IMG/VR virus record: IMGVR_UViG_3300014204_000110
From: a virus
Taxonomy: Duplodnaviria; Caudoviricetes
Reading direction: 5' to 3' (one strand)
DNA length: 64,000 bases
The notes beneath the pieces were generated by a model. It was given only the letters and a program-made list of their open reading frames with translations. It searched no databases and was not told the DNA's origin. The position numbers were made by a program, and so were the translations under genes. This document shows, in pieces, positions 1 through 11,500 of this stretch. Each line of letters starts with the position of its first letter. Position 1 is the stretch's first letter.

Positions 1-2
1 CA

Positions 3-1535
3 CAAGTTCGAACATTTGAAATAAATTATAGTCAGAGTAGATGGGAAAAGGATCTTGCTAAATTAAAAAAAGCAAGAAGTGTTGCTGCTACAATGATGCA
101 AGAAGGAGTTGGTGACGATTTTGGATATAGTTATTCGTGGCTTGATAGATTAAATATTTTATCAGATGTCAGTCCAATGAGTCCTGAATACAAAGAAGCT
201 AAAATGATCGTAGACAGTCAGATCAAATTTGGAATGCTGAATGATAAGGAGCTATTAAAATATAAAAACTCTATTAAAATGAGACAAGCTAGGATACGTA
301 AATACGAGTTATACGAAAAGCGATTTGCTGGAAAATTATTTAATCCTGATACAGAACTTAATATACAATCTATTAATGATGATATAAAAGCAGGAGCAAA
401 TTATAGTTTACCTGAACGAAGTTTAGGATGGTTATACGAGCAATTTACAAATACTAATACTTTCTTAGTTAATAAATTTTGGGCAGTTAAAGATCCATTA
501 GAACATTATAAGATGTCTAGGATATATGGAAAAGAATATAAACCTTGGGATGAACCAATACGTAGTTGGGCTAAACCAATGTTAAATTCATTGTTAGAAA
601 AAACAAATCCAGTTGAAGGAACTATATCAGCAGGTAGTCTAGGATATTTATTTGGTGGAGGTCCTTTAGGAGGACTAATTGGTAGTGCGGTTGGTTTTGG
701 ATATGGAAGTATAAATGGTATTTATAGAACACTTACTAATTCAGCTTTTATTCCTGAAGATGTTAAAACTAGACGAGAAATAAATTCTTATTTTGATGCA
801 GCTAAGTATGAACGAAATAATATGATGGCTAGTTTATCATCTGGACTTACTCAACAGGAATATTTAAAAGAACAGAATGCTACACTTACTGCTTTTAATA
901 ATAACAAAGGAAGTGTTGTTGCTAATCTTTTCAGAGGTGCTTCTGTTTTTGAAAAACCATATATAGAATCATTTTTAAATACTAAAGATAAAAAAGAAAG
1001 AGAGAATATACTTAAATATATTCCAGAAGATCTTGCTATGGCTTTAAAGAAACAATGGAGTCAAAATGATAGTAAAGAAGCAACTGGAGAATATGTTAAA
1101 TTAAGTAGTGCTGAACTTACAAAAGGTGCTCCTAAATATAAGTTTAGTAAGCAAATAATGGATCCAGCAGTTAATCTAGAAGATATTGAATTGAAAACTA
1201 TTAATCAAGAAGGACTTGATAAGTTTGAATTTGGTCTTGGATGGAATGAACAGATGCTTAGAATTCAACAGTCTAATCGATCTATTCAGGCCGAAACTAT
1301 AAGTAGATTAAATCCAGAGACACAATCATTAGGACCAAATATAAGTTCAGCAAATATACGTGGACTTATAAATAACTATTTTAGTAGTAATAATATAAAA
1401 TCTTCTACTAATGTATATATAGATAATACTCAAGAAGAATATAATCAACTTGAAGTTGTTATACGACGAGATAGATCTAGAACAGTTATTAATGCTTTAA
1501 ATAATCGTAAAAAATATGGATTAAGTAATGAATAA
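3..1535 (+). CDS. C-terminal part of a giant virion internal / tape-measure-like protein (5' truncated by window)
   Basis: The frame is open from position 3 to the ORF-track ATG at 93, so the gene starts upstream. It has a Gly-zipper hydrophobic segment (GSLGYLFGGGPLGGLIGSAVGFGYG) and lies just before the baseplate module. Confidence 0.5.
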   Translation, partial: QVRTFEINYSQSRWEKDLAKLKKARSVAATMMQEGVGDDFGYSYSWLDRLNILSDVSPMSPEYKEAKMIVDSQIKFGMLNDKELLKYKNSIKMRQARIRKYELYEKRFAGKLFNPDTELNIQSINDDIKAGANYSLPERSLGWLYEQFTNTNTFLVNKFWAVKDPLEHYKMSRIYGKEYKPWDEPIRSWAKPMLNSLLEKTNPVEGTISAGSLGYLFGGGPLGGLIGSAVGFGYGSINGIYRTLTNSAFIPEDVKTRREINSYFDAAKYERNNMMASLSSGLTQQEYLKEQNATLTAFNNNKGSVVANLFRGASVFEKPYIESFLNTKDKKERENILKYIPEDLAMALKKQWSQNDSKEATGEYVKLSSAELTKGAPKYKFSKQIMDPAVNLEDIELKTINQEGLDKFEFGLGWNEQMLRIQQSNRSIQAETISRLNPETQSLGPNISSANIRGLINNYFSSNNIKSSTNVYIDNTQEEYNQLEVVIRRDRSRTVINALNNRKKYGLSNE

Positions 1536-4500
1536 ATTTGATGAACGTAATGAAAATATAAAAGATCAAAATTGGTTTATAAGAACAACTTTTAAAATTG
1601 GTGTTTTATCTGCTGCAACTTTTGGTATTTATAAAATGCGTGGTCCAGCAAAAAGTCTTGCTGATAAATATTTAAATCAATATAAAGATAAAATTATAGA
1701 ACGAGAATCATGGAAAAAACTTGATTCAAAAACTAGAATGCTTGGAAGTACTGCAAGTATTAATCAACCTAATTTTGGATTAGATCTAGATGATCAAGAA
1801 TTTGATAGAATGTTTCAAAAGAAAGACGATTTTGTTTTTACATTAGAAACTGATCCTCTTAAAGTTTTAGATTTAGAAACTCAAGAAAATTCTCTTATAA
1901 AAACTATTGAACTTGATATTGGTAATGATGCAGTTATAGATAAACATGATGTTTTATTTAAACTAAGAAAAGATGCACTTTATGAACGTATAAATACTTC
2001 ATCTCTTTTAAGAATGGAAGATAGAGCAGCTTTAGAAAGTATTAATAATATTAAAGATTCTGATAAACTTGAAGCACTTCATAATTTCTATATGTCTAAT
2101 GATCTTAATTATTATAGAAAATATAAGCAAAAATTAACTGCAGTTACTCATGATTATAGAACTTCAATGAATAAAATGTATGTTAAATTTGGACATAATC
2201 CAAAGATAACTTCTGACATTGCAAAAGATTTTATTTATGGAACTGCTAAATTTGATGCAAGTCCTGAAACTGCTGTAAAATTAAGATATCAAGCTAAAGA
2301 ACTTAAAAAGGATATGTATCAACCTATTAATGTTTTTGAATTACTTAAACAAAAGAAACCTATTACGTCTGGATCATTTGTTAAAAAAGATTTAACAGAT
2401 CAATTTGAAAAAGATATAGCTAGTTTTGATTATAGTAATTTACTTAAAGATCTTGGTGAAAAAATCGAAGAATTACAAGATAAAGAACTTAGACCAAAAT
2501 CTTATGTTAAAAATGTGTCATATACAATAGCAAGAGAAAATTCTTTTGGATCTGAAGAACGTTGGTTTTTAAATATAGCATTACAGCATGAAACTAGAGG
2601 AACTGCTGAAATTAGAGTTCCAGTATCTCAACATGGTCTTATTCCTGGATCTAAAATGAGTGTAACTGAACAACTTGATGGTTTTTATTTAAAACCAGAA
2701 AAACATTTTGTTCCTAATTTATTACATACAAATCTTTCAACTGATTATCAAAATAAAACTCAAATGATTCTTAAGAAAGTTTTTAATATTCTAGATGGTA
2801 GTCAAATGGAACGAGATTTTGCAGATAATCCACAATCATTTGCAAGAAGTGTTCAAAATATTATAACTAATTTACTTGATGATCCAATTGCTGGACGATC
2901 TGGTAGAGATTTTATAAAAATGAATAGATTAGTTTTTCCTAATCCATCTCCAAAAATAAGTAAATATTATCGAGAAAGATTAGGTGATATAGTTGCAACT
3001 GGACGATCTATGAAATCGTTTTCTCAAAATTTAAAAAATAAATCAAATATGATGATCATTGATCTTGACTTTGAAACGATATCTAGAGATACTCCTGGTC
3101 TTAATTGGATGGCAAAAGATGATTTTACTGAAATTACCGAAGTCGGTTTTGTTGTACAAGATTATGAAAATGGTAAACTTATTAAAACTGATATGGATAA
3201 AATACATAGTAATCATGCAGTACATGCTATTGATGGATGGAGAGAAAAAAAGAATGCTATTAATTGGATACGAAGTCAAACTCATAACTCTGAAAAAATG
3301 ACCGATGTAGAACTTATAGACTCTTGGAAATCTCAAGTTAATAATGATGCTGAATGGTCAAGACTTAGACATGGTAAAACTTTTCATAGTAATCATGATA
3401 TAGCACAACATGCTGCAAATAAATTATTAATTTCTATTAAAAAAGCTGTAAGTGAAAGAAAGAAAGTTTTTATAAATACTAAAAACTCTAGATTTGACTT
3501 AGAATTTCTTAAAGCATACGCTGGACATGAATGGAGTTATTTAAAAAAATATGTTCAGTTTATTGATTCTCAAAGTATTGCTCATCTTTATAACATAAAA
3601 GGTCAACAAGGATCCATGAGTCTTAGTAACATTATGATAAGAATGATGAAAGGATATGGTGCTACAAGAGATGATATACTTCCAGTAGCTAAAGGTAGTC
3701 TAACTCATGCTATTCGATGGTTAAAAAGTAAAGATAGAAAATTATGTAGTATCGATGATGCTATTATAGATGAAATGGAAAAAAGTAAAGTTCTTGGTCT
3801 TGCACATAGTTCTACTGTTGATGCCCTAGCTTCTAACTTTATACTTTTTAAATCTCATGAAGACTTATTTGGTCATCCAGAAATATATAAAGAATTTTCT
3901 GAGATAGAAAAGTTTTTAGCAAGATGTAAAAATTCTTCATCATTAAGCGAATCTATGGAAGAAGCTAAATTAAGAGAAGTATATTCTACTGTTAATGGAA
4001 TGACTATAAGCAGTCATATGTTAGCTCAAGGACAAGCGGCTAAAAGAATGATGTCTAGAATAAGTAATCATCATATAAGTTCGTATACTGATAGTCCATT
4101 ATCTAAACAATGGGATCAATTTCATGCTGGTGTTAGAGTATCACCATCAGATCGTTTTTTAAAGGAAATGAATAATAGCAAAGATAAACAATTATATAAC
4201 AAATATTTTAAAAGTGTATTTCTATCTCGTGGAGAGATAGGAATGTATAAAGGTATTTCTGCAGATGCGATGACTAATAATTTTCAACATCATGTCATTC
4301 TTGATACAATACATGTATTTAATCCTTATATGGGTGAAGGTGGATATAATGCTGTAAGTACTGAAGCCTTTAAAAATTATAAAATACATTTTACTGAACG
4401 AGTTGATTTATCTCAAGTTCAATCTGGAGGAGAAGATCCAATACTTAATAAACGTCTTATAGATATGCAAAATAAAATATATAAAGAGGCACGAGCACTT

Positions 4501-7500
4501 GCAAACGGAGATCATGGTAAAATAAATAAACATCATCTAGAAATGGCTGCAAGAAAAGTAGTTGAAACTATGGATAGTCTAGGTGAAACAATAATTAATC
4601 CAGTTGATAGATCAAATACTTTAAGTCATGGTGATGCTAATATTAAAACGTCTAAAAAAGAATTTGGTGGTAAAATACTTAATGTGGTTACTAATCTAGA
4701 AGCTGGTAAAATCAGTATGCACGCTGATATTGAATATTTAGCTAATGGAGAATCTTTTGAAGATATGCCATTTAGATTAAGAAATGAAAGTACTAAATCT
4801 ATGGGTGTTGTAGATAATTATAATTCATTACTTATTGCTAATGGTGCTAATCATTTATCAGATGCTGGATTTTTAACAAAAGGTTATGTTCATGCTCAAA
4901 AATCTATGCTTACTTTTAAAATTATGAGTAATTTATTTGATACTTATAATGATCCAAATGCTTCTGAAGTTGAAAAACGATATGCTGAAAAAACATTACA
5001 AAGATTAGCTAAAGATGTAAAAGGTCAACCATTTGATATTAATAATCGTCAGATAGTACATGATCCTGATGCTAATCCTGAATTTAGTAATATTCTTGAT
5101 CCAATGGAAATAGAACAAAGTAAAAAATATTATGGTAATGTTGATATGAGTTTTTCTAAACTTGATCAATATATGGTTGATGCTAGAATTGTATGGACTG
5201 AAGAAAAGTTTAATCAATGGCTTGGTTTATGGGGTGGAGAAAAGAATCTTAGAAAGTTTATTAATCAATCAATATCCAGTCATACTCATTATATAGAAAA
5301 ACAACTTAAATCTACTGGTAAAACTTTAGGACATCTAGAACAATCAGCTATACAGGATTATTCAACTTATTTAAATGAATGGTTTTTACCATCTATGGAA
5401 AAAGTTAAATCAGGTAAAGCTGCTATGTATTGGGAACCATTTAAAAAATATAAAGATGGTTCTACTATGACATTTGGATATAGAGGACCTTCTAGATATT
5501 CTCTTTATGGAATTGCTTCTGGAAATAAACCAGTTGCTAAAGAAATTAAAATGAGATCTAGTATATTACATTTTATAACTCAACCATTTAGTCATGTTAC
5601 TCCTTCTACTGTTAAAAGTATTAAAGCAAGTAAAAGAGCTTATGGTGGAAATAAATTTTCATCAGCTTATGCAACACTACGAAGATACAAAGATACTATT
5701 TGTTCAAATGCTATGGCTAAAGGACACGATTTAAATCTTGATGATATTAATAGATTACTTGATAATAAAGGCGACATTGATGTTAAAAAATTAGCAAGAT
5801 GGTCCTTTAGTGATGAAGAAAAATCTAAAATAATAAGTAATGTTATAGACGATCTTCAAGAAGCTACAAAAGATGGTAGTAAACTTCAAGGAGCTATTGA
5901 AACTATTCTTAATGAAATGCAACAAGATAAATTTGAAAAAGCTTTTGAAAAAGGAAGTAATTTAATTACAACTGTTGCTGCTGAAAAGAATTGGGAAAAT
6001 TTAGCTAAAGAAAAAGGTGGAGTTTTTACATATTCAAAACGTCCTGAACTTGGTGGAGGTTTTACTTTTCATATAAATGAACTTCTAGATAGAACTCCTG
6101 GTTTCACTGATGATGAAGTAACTAAAGCAAAAAATCTTAGTTTAGATTTCTTTGAACATATATATAAAAATTCTCCTGATGGATTTGTAAAAGATTTTGA
6201 TAGAGAAAAAGGACAAGTTACTTTAAAATATCTTGCAATACATGCTGATACTTCTAAAGCTAATGTAATGAATTATATAAATAAGAGTGCTCAAGAAAAA
6301 GGATATGGATATCTATCTACTCCTGCTAAATATCAAAGACATTTGTTTAATGCAATGAAAGAATATGAACTTGAAGTAAAAAAGTTATCATCTGGAAGTA
6401 ATCAAATAAAAGTTCAAGAAGAATTTCTTAAAAAACAATATCTTTTATATACATTAAAAGGATTTTTAATGGATTCATCTTCAATCTATGCCCGTTCTGC
6501 TCAAGAATATGTACCAGTAGGACTTCAATCTCATATTATTGGAACATCAGCTGTAATTGAAAAAGCTAGAGAGATTATGTATCAAGGTGGAATAGAAAAA
6601 GCTTATGGAGTTAAAGGAAGTTCTAAACATGATCAATTAATTAAACGATTAGCTGAAGAAAGTGATTTTACTGATGTTATTGTTTCAGAAGATGTATTTA
6701 AAAAAATGCAATATCCTGATGGAACTAATATATATGAAAAATTAAAAAAGACAAAAACAAAAGAAGAAGTTAAAAGGGTGATGTCTGGATTAGAATCACA
6801 TTTTATGTATTCTAATAGTAATCCAAATATACAAGCTGCATCAGATGCAATACAATCACATAGATTAACAATAGTTCCTAAAGATGTAAGAAAATATTTA
6901 GCAGTTAGTAATAGTTTAATTCATGCTAACTCTATGCAAGTTAAATTAGCTGGTCGTGATAATGATGGAGATAGAATGGGTTTTGTTGTACATGCTTATG
7001 AAACTGCAGATGATTTAGTTAATCTACAAAAAGAACATTCTGAATATAAACGTAAAGTACTTGAATCTTATATTGGACGGCCACGAACTGCTGAAGAAGT
7101 AAAAGCTGGAGATGCTAGTAAAATTATTACATTTGGAGAATATGGTAAAAAAGGTTGGGTTAGAGATTTTTCTAATGGAAATGTAAATTATACCTATTAT
7201 GATGATGCTGGTAGAGAAGTTCATACTTCTGTTCCTATAAATAGTTCTAAAGCTGAAGAACTTTTAGGAGATCCATTCTTTTCAAATTATGCTAAAAATG
7301 CTTATACGTTAGAAATGAATACTCCAGCAAGGGCTACTACTCAAGAAGCATATAAACAGTTAGATCGAGTATGTGCAACTGTTGTATCAAAAAATAATAT
7401 AGGTTTAGCAACTAATATAGCTTATAAAATGACTCGACATCTTATGCAAGTTGGACTTACTGGTAAAAATCCTGATGCTGCAAAATTACTTTATGGTAAC

Positions 7501-8373
7501 TTATCTACTGGAGATGCTGGAATTGCTCAATTATTTATTAGTTTAGCTAAACATGAAACAGATATAAAGGGGTTAGAACAAGTATCTAAAGTTTATGCTA
7601 ATCCTTTAACCAGAGATGCTGAGACTCATAATGGAGCTAAACAGTTCTTTGAAAGACTTATGCCTAAAGGAATGGAAGGTCGTGGAGAAGAAATTTATAG
7701 AATATTTACTGATTCTATGAAAGCGTATAATGAATATACTCCAAGAGATTCTATTAGTTCTGAGATTATAAAATCAATTGATGACATTGATGGTCTTAAA
7801 GATGGAACTAATATTATGAACGCAATAATGTCTACTGCTCATGTTGATTTTTTAAATGATTATGGTGATCAAATAAGAGAACAATATAGATCTCCTACTC
7901 AAGAAATGTTTGATGTTCTTGGTAAGAAATTTAAATTTGATCCTAGTAAGATTAATTTTAAAAAAGGTGGTAAAATAGGAGCAGTTGGAGCAGCAGTTTA
8001 TTTAGCATCTAATTTCTTTAGACCTCATCAATTAAGTAATTCATTAAATCCATTTGATGCTTTTACAGATCTAGGATCAGATATTGATAGTTCTCAAAAT
8101 AGAAAACTATTTACGGATTTAGAACTTGAAAGATCAATACCATTGGATATGGTAAATGCTTCCTTTTCTAAAAAAGCATATATTAAACTTAATAAAAGAA
8201 ATAATAATCAGGATAAGTCTATGATTATTAATGACATGCTAAAACAAGGTTATAGTAGTACTAATCCTTTATTGCATGAATGGAGAACTTCACCAAGCTA
8301 TGACTATGCAGACTATACTACCAACGTAGGCTCCTTTGGAACAACTTCATTAGATAGAAAATCTAGATATTAA
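1528..8373 (+). CDS. 2281-aa putative virion-packaged single-chain two-barrel (RNAP-like) polymerase with DEDDh 3'-5' exonuclease domain
   Basis: LAGRDNDGDRMGFVVH (DNDGD at 6958-6972) aligns with beta' NADFDGDQMAVHV. ExoI is DLDFET (3061-3078), ExoII is SRFDLEFL (Asp 3496) and ExoIII is AHSSTVD (His 3805, Asp 3820). Hydrophobic helices lie near both termini. Confidence 0.6.
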   Translation: MNKFDERNENIKDQNWFIRTTFKIGVLSAATFGIYKMRGPAKSLADKYLNQYKDKIIERESWKKLDSKTRMLGSTASINQPNFGLDLDDQEFDRMFQKKDDFVFTLETDPLKVLDLETQENSLIKTIELDIGNDAVIDKHDVLFKLRKDALYERINTSSLLRMEDRAALESINNIKDSDKLEALHNFYMSNDLNYYRKYKQKLTAVTHDYRTSMNKMYVKFGHNPKITSDIAKDFIYGTAKFDASPETAVKLRYQAKELKKDMYQPINVFELLKQKKPITSGSFVKKDLTDQFEKDIASFDYSNLLKDLGEKIEELQDKELRPKSYVKNVSYTIARENSFGSEERWFLNIALQHETRGTAEIRVPVSQHGLIPGSKMSVTEQLDGFYLKPEKHFVPNLLHTNLSTDYQNKTQMILKKVFNILDGSQMERDFADNPQSFARSVQNIITNLLDDPIAGRSGRDFIKMNRLVFPNPSPKISKYYRERLGDIVATGRSMKSFSQNLKNKSNMMIIDLDFETISRDTPGLNWMAKDDFTEITEVGFVVQDYENGKLIKTDMDKIHSNHAVHAIDGWREKKNAINWIRSQTHNSEKMTDVELIDSWKSQVNNDAEWSRLRHGKTFHSNHDIAQHAANKLLISIKKAVSERKKVFINTKNSRFDLEFLKAYAGHEWSYLKKYVQFIDSQSIAHLYNIKGQQGSMSLSNIMIRMMKGYGATRDDILPVAKGSLTHAIRWLKSKDRKLCSIDDAIIDEMEKSKVLGLAHSSTVDALASNFILFKSHEDLFGHPEIYKEFSEIEKFLARCKNSSSLSESMEEAKLREVYSTVNGMTISSHMLAQGQAAKRMMSRISNHHISSYTDSPLSKQWDQFHAGVRVSPSDRFLKEMNNSKDKQLYNKYFKSVFLSRGEIGMYKGISADAMTNNFQHHVILDTIHVFNPYMGEGGYNAVSTEAFKNYKIHFTERVDLSQVQSGGEDPILNKRLIDMQNKIYKEARALANGDHGKINKHHLEMAARKVVETMDSLGETIINPVDRSNTLSHGDANIKTSKKEFGGKILNVVTNLEAGKISMHADIEYLANGESFEDMPFRLRNESTKSMGVVDNYNSLLIANGANHLSDAGFLTKGYVHAQKSMLTFKIMSNLFDTYNDPNASEVEKRYAEKTLQRLAKDVKGQPFDINNRQIVHDPDANPEFSNILDPMEIEQSKKYYGNVDMSFSKLDQYMVDARIVWTEEKFNQWLGLWGGEKNLRKFINQSISSHTHYIEKQLKSTGKTLGHLEQSAIQDYSTYLNEWFLPSMEKVKSGKAAMYWEPFKKYKDGSTMTFGYRGPSRYSLYGIASGNKPVAKEIKMRSSILHFITQPFSHVTPSTVKSIKASKRAYGGNKFSSAYATLRRYKDTICSNAMAKGHDLNLDDINRLLDNKGDIDVKKLARWSFSDEEKSKIISNVIDDLQEATKDGSKLQGAIETILNEMQQDKFEKAFEKGSNLITTVAAEKNWENLAKEKGGVFTYSKRPELGGGFTFHINELLDRTPGFTDDEVTKAKNLSLDFFEHIYKNSPDGFVKDFDREKGQVTLKYLAIHADTSKANVMNYINKSAQEKGYGYLSTPAKYQRHLFNAMKEYELEVKKLSSGSNQIKVQEEFLKKQYLLYTLKGFLMDSSSIYARSAQEYVPVGLQSHIIGTSAVIEKAREIMYQGGIEKAYGVKGSSKHDQLIKRLAEESDFTDVIVSEDVFKKMQYPDGTNIYEKLKKTKTKEEVKRVMSGLESHFMYSNSNPNIQAASDAIQSHRLTIVPKDVRKYLAVSNSLIHANSMQVKLAGRDNDGDRMGFVVHAYETADDLVNLQKEHSEYKRKVLESYIGRPRTAEEVKAGDASKIITFGEYGKKGWVRDFSNGNVNYTYYDDAGREVHTSVPINSSKAEELLGDPFFSNYAKNAYTLEMNTPARATTQEAYKQLDRVCATVVSKNNIGLATNIAYKMTRHLMQVGLTGKNPDAAKLLYGNLSTGDAGIAQLFISLAKHETDIKGLEQVSKVYANPLTRDAETHNGAKQFFERLMPKGMEGRGEEIYRIFTDSMKAYNEYTPRDSISSEIIKSIDDIDGLKDGTNIMNAIMSTAHVDFLNDYGDQIREQYRSPTQEMFDVLGKKFKFDPSKINFKKGGKIGAVGAAVYLASNFFRPHQLSNSLNPFDAFTDLGSDIDSSQNRKLFTDLELERSIPLDMVNASFSKKAYIKLNKRNNNQDKSMIINDMLKQGYSSTNPLLHEWRTSPSYDYADYTTNVGSFGTTSLDRKSRY

Positions 8374-8561
8374 TGGGTATCAAGACAAAATTAGTTATTG
8401 ATCTTCCAGATGATGTTGATTATACTCAACACGTTAATAATATTAAAAATCAAATATCTAGAATTAATGGATTAGAAACTATTGTAAGTTTACAGACGAT
8501 AGATGATCCAATCAGCCTTAGTCCAACCAATATAAGAAAAGTAAGTGAAGCTAATGACTAA
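8373..8561 (+). CDS. small hypothetical protein
   Basis: 62 aa; TAATG overlap with the upstream gene and overlap with the downstream gene. Confidence 0.6.
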   Translation: MGIKTKLVIDLPDDVDYTQHVNNIKNQISRINGLETIVSLQTIDDPISLSPTNIRKVSEAND

Positions 8562-11500
8562 TATTGATCCAAATACAATTGGAAATGCTTTATATTTTAT
8601 TCTTACTAAAAAAGAACCTTATAGTAAATATATATCTATTTATTCTTCAGATCAATCTCTTGGTAAATCTACTGTTCCTAATTTAATTATAGAAGTTTAT
8701 AATAAATATTTTAAGCTTCAAGTTAATCTTAATACTCAATCTAAAAGTAATATATTTATTTTACAAGGTGGAGATGTTATTAAAACTGGTAGTGGTAATA
8801 CTTATTTAATAACTCATTCTGAAGGAACAGTTGGAACTTGGCCAAAATTAACAGATATAGATAATCTAGAAATTAATTCTACTATTAAACAGTATGAAGT
8901 TATAAGACCTAATTTTGATAATATTAAAGAAACATTACTTGAAGATCTTCAAAATATTGGAAAAGAAATATTATCCACCGATAGTGAAACTAACCGATTA
9001 CTTGAGCAAATTCCTGAAACATTAAATAATTCCAAAGATATTAAAAGTGCAGATGGTGTAGACTTTTATTCATTAGGTGAAGGTGCTTTACAAATTGGTG
9101 ATTTAATTTTTGTTGTTGATCCTACACAACTTGCTTTTAATTCTCAAAACGGATATCAATATTTTCCTACTTTAAGAACTCAAGGTAATCCAAAAATACC
9201 AACTACTCAACAAGTTAAAAATTTATCTATTAATTTGATATTTCCAAATGAAGATAGTATAAATTATCAACTTTTAAATTTATATGCAATGTTTAAAAGA
9301 ACTCCATTTGTTAATATAAGAAATAAAGATATTTGTGAATTTTTTAAAGATATTTGTTTTATGGAAGAATGGCTTCCAGTTGCTCTAGAAAGTATTCAAA
9401 TACAATCAGTTCCTGGTTTTCCAAATACATTACAAGCATCAATAACAATACTTCCTTTTGATTATAGAATGATGAGTGATGGATTTCAAGCACTTCTTTC
9501 AATGGAAGATGTAGAACGTCAACAAACTATTTTATATCGAAATGAAGAATATGATAGATTAATTAGAAAAGCAGAGTCTAAACTTGATGAACAATCTGTA
9601 TCAGAAGAACGATTTCTAGATGTACTTATTCATGATATAGATAAATCTCCTGATTTTAGAAACAGTTTGCCATTTAGAGCATTTTATCAATCTTTGATAG
9701 CTGATCGTAAATTTATAATGAATAGTTCTGGTAAAATAGTTTCTACCTCTAAAAAAGGTAGTTATGATATTGCTTGGTTTAGACCAACTAAGACTGAAAA
9801 TTTACTTAATGAATATAAAGCTTCTTCTAATAATAAATCAATTACATTATCCTATAATTATATTTCTAAAGATTTTCAAACATTTTCTAAAATAGTTTCT
9901 AATGAACGCACTGATAAACAAGTACGACTACTTAAACAACTTACAGATTTTTATACTTCTATTAGAACTAAAGATGATCTTATAAAAGAAATGGTTACTT
10001 TTTTTACAAGAAAAGAAGATTTTTATAATATAACTGAAGGAAAATTTCAAGAACTTTCTAATAATATAATTCCTAATTTAGTTACTCGATTTGGTATTAC
10101 AATGGAAGGTCAAAGTGAAGTAATTATTAAAAATTGGTTTGATCTTCTTACCAAAGGTTTTGCTATAAAACAAGGTTGGGTACAAACATTTGAATCAATA
10201 CAAAGTATAAATAATTTCTTTGGTGGTAATTTTTCTGTTGATAATACTGATGTTTTAGGATTTTTAAATGGTGTTACTTATACTGATAAAGATACCTTTG
10301 GAGTTGGAACATTTCAATGGGGTATTAAGAAAATATGGGATTGGATTGATACTGGAACTGATAAACAAAAAGAATTGAAAAAGAAAAACTTTTCAGCATT
10401 TCTAGGAGAATTAAGAGTTGCTATTACTAAAGAAATTACTTCTGAAACTCTTGTTGTAAATCCTACTGCTGATGGTGAAATGTTTAGTATTGCTAGAATA
10501 CCAATTGTATCAGAAGATATTGTTATAGATAATGTTAGTGATATAATTGTTGGTTGGTCAATTGTGTTTTCTAATAAATTTATTCCAATGACATTACAAG
10601 CATATAAATATCCATATTATCAACATATTGGTTCTGAAGATCCAGTAATGTCTTTAAATATAACATCAATATATAATAAAAATAAAGATTTAAAATCACA
10701 ACTTTCTATATTATCTGAACGTCTTCATGAATCAGCAAAAGTTGTTACTCTTAATGCTCCAGAGTTGATAACATATCTAGATCCTAGAATAACTATTAAT
10801 GCTGAAGCAAATAATTTATTTAATTCTTTTGGAATTAAAAAAGTTGTATTTGATTCTTTTAATATTGTTAATATTGATGGGCAACCAAATAGTTGGAATA
10901 TTGCAGTTAATTTTACTCAATCGAATTTTACAATATCTGATTATCATGGTGTATCTCATGTTCCTTCTAATGAAATTGCTATTCTTGAACTTGCTAAAAT
11001 AGTTTCAAGTATAGAAAAAATTAATGATAATTATGTTGTAATGGATTATAAAACTAGAAGTGGTAATTTATTAAATCTCAATGATATTCTTAAAATAAGA
11101 TTTCTAGCTTGGTCAGTAAGTAATATTGATCAAAAATATAATATCATTGAATATATTAAACAAGTTAAAAGTGGAAGACAAAGTAAAAATACTGGAACTA
11201 TTGGAAATGAATTAGCTGATAAATATTTACAAGAATTTTATAAATCTATAGGTAGTCTAGAAAGTTTTTCATTATCACAACCAAATACTACAGAAAATTT
11301 TAATGTACGAGAAGTTAATATAACTAAAACTAAAATTTTACAAGATTTAATATCTAATACGCAATATAAAAATATTTTAGATTTTATAAATATTAAAACT
11401 GAAGAATTATTTAAATTAAAATCTGAACTTATACGATCTTTGATATTTAATGATAAATCTTGGTTTAGAAATTATTTAGATAGATATGATGCTAGGTATA

